From an uncultured bacterium (GTDB lineage Bacteria > Margulisbacteria > WOR-1 > CAVSGV01): a stretch of DNA of 32,000 nucleotides. The translations under genes were made by a program, and so were the position numbers. The notes below the pieces were generated by a model. The model was given only the letters and a program-made list of their open reading frames with translations. It was not told the origin of the DNA and did not search any database. Positions 8,827-16,145 of this stretch are shown here, one piece after another (the first letter of the stretch is position 1; the number at the start of each line of letters is the position of its first letter). Location of the stretch: positions 750,001 through 782,000 of the forward strand of contig OY969425.1 of assembly GCA_963699255.1 (NCBI GenBank), read 5' to 3'.

Positions 8827-9936
8827 ATGGCGAAACGCGATTACTATGAGCTTCTCGGCATATCAAAGAGCGCATCGGCCGATGAGATAAAAAAAGCATT
8901 CAGGGCCCTTGCAAGAAAATACCACCCCGACGTGAACAAGGAACCCGGAGCGGAAGCAAGATTCAAAGAAATAAACGAGGCTTATTCCGTCCTATCCGAC
9001 AGCCAGAAAAGGGCCCAGTACGATCAGTTCGGCCATGCGGGCCCGCAGCAATCCGCAGGAGCGGGTTTCGGAGGTTTTGATTTCAGCGATCTCTTCAGGG
9101 GCGGGTTCGGAACGAATTTCGAGGAAAGCCCTTTCGAGGACCTTTTTGAAACGTTCTTCGGCGGCGGAGGCGGACGAAGAGGGCACGCGGGACCCAGGCG
9201 GGGCGACGACCTGCAGTACAATATTTCCATATCTCTGGAAGAAGCGGCAAAAGGATTCGACAAAGAGATCGATCTCCCGCACTATGTGGCCTGCCAGACC
9301 TGCAAAGGAAGCGGCGCCCGTCCTGGGACAAACCCGACAAAATGCGGCACTTGCAAAGGCTCCGGCCAGGTAAGACGGATGCAGAGAACGATGCTCGGCA
9401 GCTTCACCCAGGTGACCACCTGCCCCGACTGCCAGGGAACCGGGGAAGTGATAACTTCTCTGTGCGTTGAATGCCACGGAAAGGGTCAGATAAAAAAGTC
9501 GCACAAGGTCTCGGTCAAGATCCCGCCGGGCGTCGATACGGGGAACAAGCTAAGGATCCCAAAAGCCGGAGACACCGGAGATAAAGGCGGAGGCCCCGGA
9601 GACCTTTATATTTTCATTACCGTAAAAAACCACCCCTTGTTCGAACGCGACGGCGCTGACCTCCATTACAAAGCCCTCATCACATTCGTACAAGCCTCAC
9701 TTGGCACAGGACTGGAAGTCCCTACAATAGACGGCAAAGCCACGTTGAACATCCCCGTCGGCACGCAGCCGAACACGGTGCTGAGAATGAGGGATAAAGG
9801 GATGCCTCATCTGAACAGCAAAGCAAGGGGCGACCAGTACGTCCACGTGGAGATCGAGACACCGACGAATCTTACAAAAGAGCAGAGCGAGCAGCTGAAA
9901 AAGTTCGGCCGGTTAAGAGGAGAGATGAAAGAATGA
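8827..9936 (+). CDS. dnaJ: Co-chaperone DnaJ (type I)
   Basis: J-domain DYYELLGISKSAS..KYHPD, a G/F-rich linker, and four CxxCxGxG zinc motifs (CQTCKGSG, CGTCKGSG, CPDCQGTG, CVECHGKG). Confidence 0.97.
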   Translation: MAKRDYYELLGISKSASADEIKKAFRALARKYHPDVNKEPGAEARFKEINEAYSVLSDSQKRAQYDQFGHAGPQQSAGAGFGGFDFSDLFRGGFGTNFEESPFEDLFETFFGGGGGRRGHAGPRRGDDLQYNISISLEEAAKGFDKEIDLPHYVACQTCKGSGARPGTNPTKCGTCKGSGQVRRMQRTMLGSFTQVTTCPDCQGTGEVITSLCVECHGKGQIKKSHKVSVKIPPGVDTGNKLRIPKAGDTGDKGGGPGDLYIFITVKNHPLFERDGADLHYKALITFVQASLGTGLEVPTIDGKATLNIPVGTQPNTVLRMRDKGMPHLNSKARGDQYVHVEIETPTNLTKEQSEQLKKFGRLRGEMKE

Positions 9937-10670
9937 TCCCGAGGATATTTGTCCCTTTTGAAAGGATAAAGGATAACAGCGCGTTGATCGACGGAAGCGA
10001 CGTCAATTACCTGAAGAATGTTCTCCGCCTCAAGGCTGGCGACGAAGTGATCGTGATGGACAGCAAAAGCAAAGAATACGCCTCAAAGATCGTGACAATA
10101 GAAAAGGACCTCATCAAAACCGAGTTGGTCGCTGAAAAACACCCAAAATCAGAGTCAAAAGTGAAGGTGACCATTGCCCAGGGGCTCCCGAAAAATCCGA
10201 AGATGGACCTTATCGTGCAGAAAGCCACGGAACTCGGCGCGGCAAGGATAATCCCCGTAAAAGCGGAGCGAAGCATCGTTAAGATACTTAAGGAAAAAGA
10301 AAAAAACAAAGTTGATCGATGGCAGAAGATCGCAAAGGAAGCGGCCGAGCAATCCGGCAGGCTGATGATCCCGGTCGTTGAAGAAACAAAGGACATCAAG
10401 GACGTTTTAAAGCTCCGCGGTGATTTCGACAGATGCATAATGCTGTGGGAAATGGAAAAAGAAATAACGATCAAGGCGTTCCTGAAAGAGAACTGCGGCA
10501 TAAAATCTCTTCTCGTGCTTATCGGGCCTGAGGGAGGGTTCTCACACAAAGAAGCTGAGCTTGCGAAAGAACATGGGTTCATAACGGTGACAATAGGCAG
10601 CAGGATCTTGAGGACGGAAACCGCGTCGCTCGCGGTCCTTTCCATGATAGATTATGAATTCGAATTATGA
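9933..10670 (+). CDS. rsmE: 16S rRNA (uracil1498-N3)-methyltransferase RsmE
   Basis: LIGPEGGFSHKEAELAKEHGF and GSRILRTETA SPOUT motifs. ATGA overlap with the dnaJ stop. The position matches yqeU in the Bacillus dnaK operon. Confidence 0.85.
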   Translation: MIPRIFVPFERIKDNSALIDGSDVNYLKNVLRLKAGDEVIVMDSKSKEYASKIVTIEKDLIKTELVAEKHPKSESKVKVTIAQGLPKNPKMDLIVQKATELGAARIIPVKAERSIVKILKEKEKNKVDRWQKIAKEAAEQSGRLMIPVVEETKDIKDVLKLRGDFDRCIMLWEMEKEITIKAFLKENCGIKSLLVLIGPEGGFSHKEAELAKEHGFITVTIGSRILRTETASLAVLSMIDYEFEL

Positions 10671-12018
10671 AAAGAGCATGCCGAAAGTAGCTTTCTATAC
10701 CCTGGGCTGCAAATCGAATCAATATGAAACTGACAGGATGACAAAGATCGCTTCCGACGCCGGATTCGAGATCGTCCCCTACCCGGGCCCCGCAGATACA
10801 TATGTAATAAACACCTGCACCGTCACCGGCAATGCCGATAAGAAATCGAGGCACGCAATAAGATTTGCGAAAAAGATCAATCCGTCAGCAAAAGTCATCG
10901 CCACGGGTTGTTATGTGGAAACCGCCAACTTTAATATGAAGGAAGCTGATATTGTCCTGCCCAACAAAGACAAGTTTGATCTAGCACAATACCTCGCCTC
11001 TTTCGCCTCTCGACCTCTTAACCTCTCCCCCTCTTTCACTCCTAGCTCTTCTAGCTCTCCTAGAATCCGCGCCAACCTGATGATCGAGAACGGCTGCGAG
11101 AATTTCTGCAGTTATTGCATCGTTCCTCATGTCAGAGGAAAAATAACCAGCATCCCTTTTGATAAAGTGATAGCTGAGGCAGAACAGATGGTCAAGGATG
11201 GGGTGAACGAAATAGTAATAACAGGGATAAATCTGGGAGAATATGCTTTGGAGCCTGAGACTAAACGTCTCGGCTCCAATCGATCAAACAGGAACCGCGA
11301 CGTTCAGTCGCAGGTTCCTTTGCTTATCGACAAATTATCTCAGATCGACGGCTTGCTAAGGATAAGACTTTCGTCCATTGAACCGATGTATGTGGATGAT
11401 GAATTGATCAGGACCGTGAAAGAAAATCCGAAAGTCTGCAAACACCTGCACATACCCATGCAGAGCGGTGATGACGGGATACTTAAAGCGATGAACCGCA
11501 GTTACACCGCGAAAGACTTCCTCAGCATGGCAAAAAAGATAAAGGGACAAATTAAGGACGTTGCCGTAACAACGGACATCATAATCGGATTCCCAGGAGA
11601 GGATGAAAAAGCGTTCAGGAACACTCTCAAGCTTATCGATAAGATCCAGTTCTCAAGGATACACATATTTTCCTATTCCGACAGGCCGGGAACCGTGGCA
11701 TCAAAGCTCCCGAATAAGCTCGATCCAAAAGTCATCGATTCCAGATACCGGATACTGGATAAATTACGAATTGAATACATGCTTAAATTCCACAGGTCTT
11801 TTTCAAAAAAGCCCATGGATGTGCTCATCGAGCAGAAAGACAGGAAAACCGGCATGTTTGAAGGGCTTACAAGCAACTATATAAGGGTGTTCCTGGCGGG
11901 CCTGCCCCATCGCAGGCGGGGTGACGATATGGGTGATGAATCGATCGGAAGGATTATCCCCGCGAAATTTAAGGATTTTCAGGGCGAGAATGTTTTAGCC
12001 TCCCCTGTTCTGGTATAA
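10654..12018 (+). CDS. mtaB: tRNA t6A37 methylthiotransferase MtaB (radical SAM MTTase)
   Basis: N-terminal VAFYTLGCKSNQYETDRM, radical-SAM cluster CENFCSYCIVP, IRLSSIEP. The position matches yqeV after rsmE. The start could be ATG 10654 or ATG 10678. Confidence 0.85.
   Translation: MNSNYEKSMPKVAFYTLGCKSNQYETDRMTKIASDAGFEIVPYPGPADTYVINTCTVTGNADKKSRHAIRFAKKINPSAKVIATGCYVETANFNMKEADIVLPNKDKFDLAQYLASFASRPLNLSPSFTPSSSSSPRIRANLMIENGCENFCSYCIVPHVRGKITSIPFDKVIAEAEQMVKDGVNEIVITGINLGEYALEPETKRLGSNRSNRNRDVQSQVPLLIDKLSQIDGLLRIRLSSIEPMYVDDELIRTVKENPKVCKHLHIPMQSGDDGILKAMNRSYTAKDFLSMAKKIKGQIKDVAVTTDIIIGFPGEDEKAFRNTLKLIDKIQFSRIHIFSYSDRPGTVASKLPNKLDPKVIDSRYRILDKLRIEYMLKFHRSFSKKPMDVLIEQKDRKTGMFEGLTSNYIRVFLAGLPHRRRGDDMGDESIGRIIPAKFKDFQGENVLASPVLV
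10992..11063 (+). repeat. CT-rich low-complexity element, roughly 9-nt periodic, lying in-frame in the mtaB inter-domain linker
   Basis: cctcgcctctttcgcctctcgacctcttaacctctccccctctttcactcctagctcttctagctctcctag encodes ASFASRPLNLSPSFTPSSSSSP. It shares a 9-mer and a 16-mer, colinear and in inverted orientation, with 6271-6298. Confidence 0.8.
11250..11319 (+). repeat. Two adjacent GC-rich hairpins inside the mtaB coding sequence
   Basis: Hairpin A (11250-11277) is ggagcc(t)gagac-taaac-gtctcggctcc, 11 bp plus a 1-nt bulge. Hairpin B (11290-11319) is aggaaccgcgac-gttca-gtcgc(a)ggttcct, 12 bp plus a 1-nt bulge. Both loops are 5 nt. The region encodes LEPETKRLGSNRSNRNRDVQSQVP. Confidence 0.8.
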
Positions 12019-12027
12019 TACCAGATC

Positions 12028-12849
12028 ATGAAGATAGTCCACATTGCCGATACCCATTTAGGCTACTCCGCCTATAATAAAAGGGCAGAAAACGGATATA
12101 ACCAACGCGAAGAAGACGTGATTAATGCTTTTATAGAAGCCGTTGATAAAATCATCGACTTGAAACCGGATATCGTGCTCCATTGCGGGGATCTTTTTCA
12201 TTCGGTAAGACCTACTAATAGGATCGTCAGCAAAGGGATAGAACAGCTTCTAAAAATATATAATAACAAAATCCCTTTGGTTCTTATATCTGGCAACCAT
12301 GAAACCCCAAAACAACTATATACGGGAAGTATTTTTAATATTTTTGAAGCATTAGGTCTGAAAAAGGAATTGTTTAAGATAGTTTATAAAGATAAATATG
12401 AAATTTTCAAACTAGATGGATTGACGGTGCATGCCATCCCACAATGTTCAAATGATGAAAGGTTCAAAAATGAATTGAAGACCATTAAATTGGACCATAA
12501 CACAAAGAACGTCTTGATGCTTCACGCAGGAGTGTGCGGGATGAAGGAATTTAGTCATGGTGAATCGAACGAGCTTCTTGTTGACTATAATTGGCTGATA
12601 AATTCGAAAATGGATTATATTGCCCTTGGACATTATCATGGATATATCCCTTTAAGTGAAAATGCGTGTTTTTCCGGTTCAATAGAAAGATTAAGTTTTA
12701 ACGAATGTGGGCAAAAAAAATGTTTTTTAGTGATTGATCTTTCGGATAATCAGAGAAATATTAAACCAATATATTTAGATACACCCAGAGACATGGAAGA
12801 CATGCCCCCAATTGATGCTTCAGGGAAAGATTCTGTAGTATCTACTTAA
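12028..12849 (+). CDS. sbcD: SbcD/Mre11-family nuclease, catalytic phosphoesterase domain (273 aa, ends prematurely)
   Basis: All five Mre11 phosphoesterase motifs are present: IADTHLG, HCGDLFH, SGNHET, MLHAGV and ALGHYHG. The ORF stops at 12847-12849, but coding-like sequence continues in other frames. Confidence 0.85.
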   Translation: MKIVHIADTHLGYSAYNKRAENGYNQREEDVINAFIEAVDKIIDLKPDIVLHCGDLFHSVRPTNRIVSKGIEQLLKIYNNKIPLVLISGNHETPKQLYTGSIFNIFEALGLKKELFKIVYKDKYEIFKLDGLTVHAIPQCSNDERFKNELKTIKLDHNTKNVLMLHAGVCGMKEFSHGESNELLVDYNWLINSKMDYIALGHYHGYIPLSENACFSGSIERLSFNECGQKKCFLVIDLSDNQRNIKPIYLDTPRDMEDMPPIDASGKDSVVST

Positions 12850-13187
12850 AGAAATAAAAAATAAAATTGAACTTCAAAACCCTAAAGAGAAAATAATCCG
12901 AATGACCGTAAGGAATATCCCCCAGCATGTATTGAATACTCTTGATACAAAAAAAATAAGAGAAGTGGCAAAGGACGCGGTGCATTTTGAGCCAAGATAT
13001 GAAAAAATCACGGAAGAAGGCAGTGCCGAGACCATTAAAGTTCTCTCCGGTGGAGCAAAAGAAGAATTTCAAAACATTCCTTTCAACTAAAAAAGAATTA
13101 AACAATACAGATCAGGATACTTTCTTTGATTGGTGGTCACGATTCTACGATAATATAATGAAAGAAGAGGAAGAAAAGGAGAAATGA
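12839..13187 (+). pseudogene. sbcD: Frame-shifted remainder of sbcD (C-terminal capping and Rad50-binding region) spread over two further frames
   Basis: The +1 frame is open from 12839: YLLKEIKNKIELQNPKEKIIRMTVRNIP..HFEPRYEKITEEG.., with a stop at 13088-13090. The next frame is open from 12960: ..SPVEQKKNFKTFLSTKKELNNTDQDTFFDWWSRFYDNIMKEEEEKEK. Its TGA overlaps the sbcC ATG as ATGA (13184-13187). Confidence 0.55.
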
Positions 13188-15223
13188 AGCTTAAATCACT
13201 TTCTCTTAAGAATTACCGCCAGTATGAAGACTCGACCATAGAGTTCGGCGATGGCATCACCGGCATCATAGGCCTTAACGGTGCAGGGAAGTCAACGCTC
13301 GTTGAAGCGATTGCCTGGACACTTTACGGGCCTAACGCCACCCGCACCGGTAAGGAAGGAATCAAAAGGTCCACGGCTCCGCTTACAGCCAACGTTGAGA
13401 CACAACTGATCATAGAGATAGGCGGAACAGAATACAAGATCGTCAGGGTACTTAAAGGCGCGTCTCAGACGGCAGACGCATCTATCATCACTGGAGGAAA
13501 TGTTATTGCCGATTCTGTAAAAGGCGTCGAGAAAGAAGTTGGCTTTCTTCTCGGTATGGATTGGAAAAGTTTTTATACTAGCTTCTTCGCAAAACAAAAA
13601 GAATTGAACGCGCTTACAAGACTTCAGAAATCCGAAAGGCAAGAAGTCATAATAAGGATGCTCCGAATCGATACCATAGATAAAGTGATTGATCTTGTAA
13701 GAAAAAGATTGCGGGAGGGCAAGCTGGAGCTCGAAAACCTGAAGAAAGTCATGACCTCAAGAGATGTGAATTTTCTTGATAGAGACCGAATGATCAAGGA
13801 AAACGAAAAGACCAAAAAGGATAAGGAGCTTTCAAAGGTTACTGCTGAGATAGAGCAACTTGAAAGCTACAGGGCTAAATTTAAGGATAAATTCAATGAA
13901 GATAGGGCCTTGTCTAACAAACACTCGGAATTAAATACAAAAATTGCGGCGCTTGGATCAAGCCGCGATGAGACACAAAAGAAATTAAATGAGCTTTCTT
14001 CCGACATTGAAGAGATAAATAAACTGGAAAAAGAACTGCCAGGGCTTGAAAAAGAATATGCGAAATGCAAAGGACTTAAGGATTTAGCCAATAAAATGCT
14101 TGCAGTAAAAGAAGCTCAAGAGGAATCCCATGATAAATCAAAAGCGCAAATCAAAGAAATGATTAATGACCTCAATAATGAATTAAAAGAATTAGAGGGG
14201 GATGAGCAATTATTAGTAAAGAATAAGATTTGCCCAACTTGTAGGAGAGAATGGAATAATCCAAAAGAAATCAAGGCTCATTTTGAGAAGGAAAAAATGA
14301 AGATTAATGAACAGCTAAAAAAGTTGGAGCTTTCCAGGGTAGAAGTGAAAATGTTCGATGAGGCAAAACATAAAAGCATTATAGAGCAAATAAATGAGCT
14401 TGAAGGCTCATTTGAGAAATACCCTGAAGTTAAAACACAGGTCGCTCGAAAACTGAAAGTGGAAGGGCTTTTTGCTGGCGCGATCAAAAAAAGAGAGGAA
14501 ATCGACATTGAAATAAAATCAAAAGAAAAAGAGCTTAAAGCTGTCGGCTATGACCCGAAAAGACATGAACAAATAACAGAAGAAAATGAAAAGACCGATA
14601 AGGAATTAAAAGAATATTACAACAAAAGAAACAACTTAAATCTTGAAATTAAAGAGCTTTCGACAGAGATAAGGAACTTTGAAAAAGAAATAAATGATGC
14701 GAAGGAAAAAAAGGAAAAAAAGGAAAAGATGACCCGAAATCAGGAAAAGAACGAACAATTCCTGAGCCTTGTCATTGAATACAAAAAGCATCTTATATCG
14801 CAGATCGGGCCCAAACTTTCGGAAATATCAGGAAGGCTCCTTACGGAACTCACAAACGGTAAATATACGGGGGTCGAATTGAACGAAGATTATGAGCTTT
14901 TCATATTTGATGGCAACACAAAATACGCGCTCTCCAGGTTCTCGGGTGGAGAGGAAGATGTAGCTAATCTGTGTCTACGCCTTGCTATATCCCAGCTCAT
15001 AGCTGAATCAAGCGGAACCGAAACTGGTTTCATAATCCTTGATGAGATCTTCGGTTCCCAGGATATACACAGAAAATCATCAATAATAGAAGCTCTTAAT
15101 CAGCTTACAAAACAATTTAGGCAGATAATATTGATAACCCATGTTGAAGACATAAAAGATACCGTTGAGAACATCATTGAAGTAATAGAGAACGAAGAAG
15201 GCATCAGCCAGATCAAAGCTTGA
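13184..15223 (+). CDS. sbcC: SbcC/Rad50-family ATPase with central zinc hook (679 aa, short coiled coil)
   Basis: Walker A GLNGAGKST, a long K/E-rich coiled coil, a CPTC zinc hook at 14231-14242 (residue 350 of 679), signature FSGGEED, Walker B FIILDEIFG and H-loop ILITH. Confidence 0.88.
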   Translation: MKLKSLSLKNYRQYEDSTIEFGDGITGIIGLNGAGKSTLVEAIAWTLYGPNATRTGKEGIKRSTAPLTANVETQLIIEIGGTEYKIVRVLKGASQTADASIITGGNVIADSVKGVEKEVGFLLGMDWKSFYTSFFAKQKELNALTRLQKSERQEVIIRMLRIDTIDKVIDLVRKRLREGKLELENLKKVMTSRDVNFLDRDRMIKENEKTKKDKELSKVTAEIEQLESYRAKFKDKFNEDRALSNKHSELNTKIAALGSSRDETQKKLNELSSDIEEINKLEKELPGLEKEYAKCKGLKDLANKMLAVKEAQEESHDKSKAQIKEMINDLNNELKELEGDEQLLVKNKICPTCRREWNNPKEIKAHFEKEKMKINEQLKKLELSRVEVKMFDEAKHKSIIEQINELEGSFEKYPEVKTQVARKLKVEGLFAGAIKKREEIDIEIKSKEKELKAVGYDPKRHEQITEENEKTDKELKEYYNKRNNLNLEIKELSTEIRNFEKEINDAKEKKEKKEKMTRNQEKNEQFLSLVIEYKKHLISQIGPKLSEISGRLLTELTNGKYTGVELNEDYELFIFDGNTKYALSRFSGGEEDVANLCLRLAISQLIAESSGTETGFIILDEIFGSQDIHRKSSIIEALNQLTKQFRQIILITHVEDIKDTVENIIEVIENEEGISQIKA

Positions 15224-15267
15224 TCTGCCCCCGTCATCGATCGCCAGAAATATCAGATATTAAGTAC

Positions 15268-15570
15268 TTATTTTTTCCTGCGAGCCGGTTTTGCTTTCGC
15301 TTTTGCCTTTATCTTTATCCCCTTGAAAACCAGAAGTCCGTTATATAGCCAGGCAAAAACACCTATATAAACAAAACAGGTGACAAAACCATAAACAAGT
15401 CCCAGTCCTGCCCCTACCCAGCTGACCGTATAACCCGGGAACACTCCACCCAGAACCGCAACTGCCCTCAAACCTCTGCCGAAGTAGATGCCGTAGATCG
15501 GGACAAGGAACATCGAGATAGCGGAAACTATAGCGGCGGACAACGCGAACTTCAATGTGTTGAGCTTCAA
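15268..15570 (-). CDS. Small hydrophobic membrane protein with a lysine/alanine-rich C-terminal tail (TTG start)
   Basis: 100 aa with two to three predicted TM segments (FALSAAIVSAISMFLVPIYGIYF and GLGLVYGFVTCFVYIGVFAWLYNGLLVF). The tail is KGIKIKAKAKAKPARRKK. A GGGGGG/AGGGG Shine-Dalgarno-like run lies 6-8 nt upstream of the TTG. Confidence 0.55.
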   Translation of the reverse strand: MKLNTLKFALSAAIVSAISMFLVPIYGIYFGRGLRAVAVLGGVFPGYTVSWVGAGLGLVYGFVTCFVYIGVFAWLYNGLLVFKGIKIKAKAKAKPARRKK

Positions 15571-15598
15571 ATTTATCCCCCCTTTGCCTGATACGATA

Positions 15599-16135
15599 TT
15601 ACTTAACTACCGTTTTGTCAACGCCGTCTATTTCGACAAGGTTGACAATGACATCTTCATCAGGAGTGGTTGATATTTTTTCCCCGACATAATCGGGATG
15701 GATAGGCAGCTCCCTTAACCCGCGGTCGACCAGTGCGACAAGCTGGATCTTTGACGCCCTGCCGTAATCGGCTATGCTGTCCATCGCGGCCCTTATCGTC
15801 CTGCCGGCATAAATAACGTCGTCAACCAGAACGACTATCTTGCCGTCGATGGAAAAAGGTATATCGGACCTCTTAACCTCGATCTCGGAGCCTTTTTTTC
15901 GGATGTCATCCCTGTGAAGTGAAACATCCATTGACCCGACAGGTATCTTTACGTTCTCCGCCGCTTCGATGAACTTTGCGATCCTGCTCGCGAGGGGAAG
16001 CCCCCTGTTCAAAACGCCAACGAGGACGATATCTTTCGTGCCTTTGTTCGTTTCAACTATTTCCCTGGCTATGCGCTTTAGTACGAGCGAGATTTTTTCT
16101 TTGTCCATTACTATCTTTTCTTTTGCCGCGCTCAT
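15599..16135 (-). CDS. pyrR: Bifunctional pyrimidine regulatory protein / uracil phosphoribosyltransferase PyrR
   Basis: IVLVGVLNRGLPLA, MDVSLHRDD and the PRPP-binding motif VVLVDDVIYAGRTIRAAMD. 178 aa. Confidence 0.9.
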   Translation of the reverse strand: MSAAKEKIVMDKEKISLVLKRIAREIVETNKGTKDIVLVGVLNRGLPLASRIAKFIEAAENVKIPVGSMDVSLHRDDIRKKGSEIEVKRSDIPFSIDGKIVVLVDDVIYAGRTIRAAMDSIADYGRASKIQLVALVDRGLRELPIHPDYVGEKISTTPDEDVIVNLVEIDGVDKTVVK

Positions 16136-16145
16136 ATTGTCCTCA

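Noticed and set aside
10007-10645. A 212-aa ORF antisense to rsmE, and similar antisense or alternative-frame ORFs within hrcA, dnaJ, mtaB, sbcC, pgm, macB, macA, tolC, ppiD and purH
   Set aside because: Each is fully nested in a gene that has clear family motifs on the other strand or frame. None has its own Shine-Dalgarno or recognisable motifs.
12839-12849. A programmed +1 ribosomal frameshift in sbcD
   Set aside because: The 9-nt switch window (tatctactt before TAA) has no recognisable slippery or shifty-stop motif such as CUU-UGA, and a second independent shift is needed downstream. Mutation or sequencing error is more likely.
12902-13187. Treating 12902-13090 and 12987-13187 as two independent small genes between sbcD and sbcC
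   Set aside because: Their translations read like the missing C-terminal part of SbcD/Mre11. Both frames are open upstream of their nominal starts, from 12839 and 12960. The last one ends in the ATGA coupling expected of sbcD-sbcC. Frameshifted sbcD is the simpler explanation.
12028-15223. Calling the nuclease/Rad50-like ATPase pair a phage or plasmid defence system (Wadjet/Lamassu-like)
   Set aside because: The domain content is canonical SbcCD (Mre11 motifs I-V, an ABC ATPase with a zinc hook). There are no kleisin, effector or extra partner genes. The pair sits 9 nt after mtaB in the same orientation. Only the low G+C is unusual, which is not enough to support the call.
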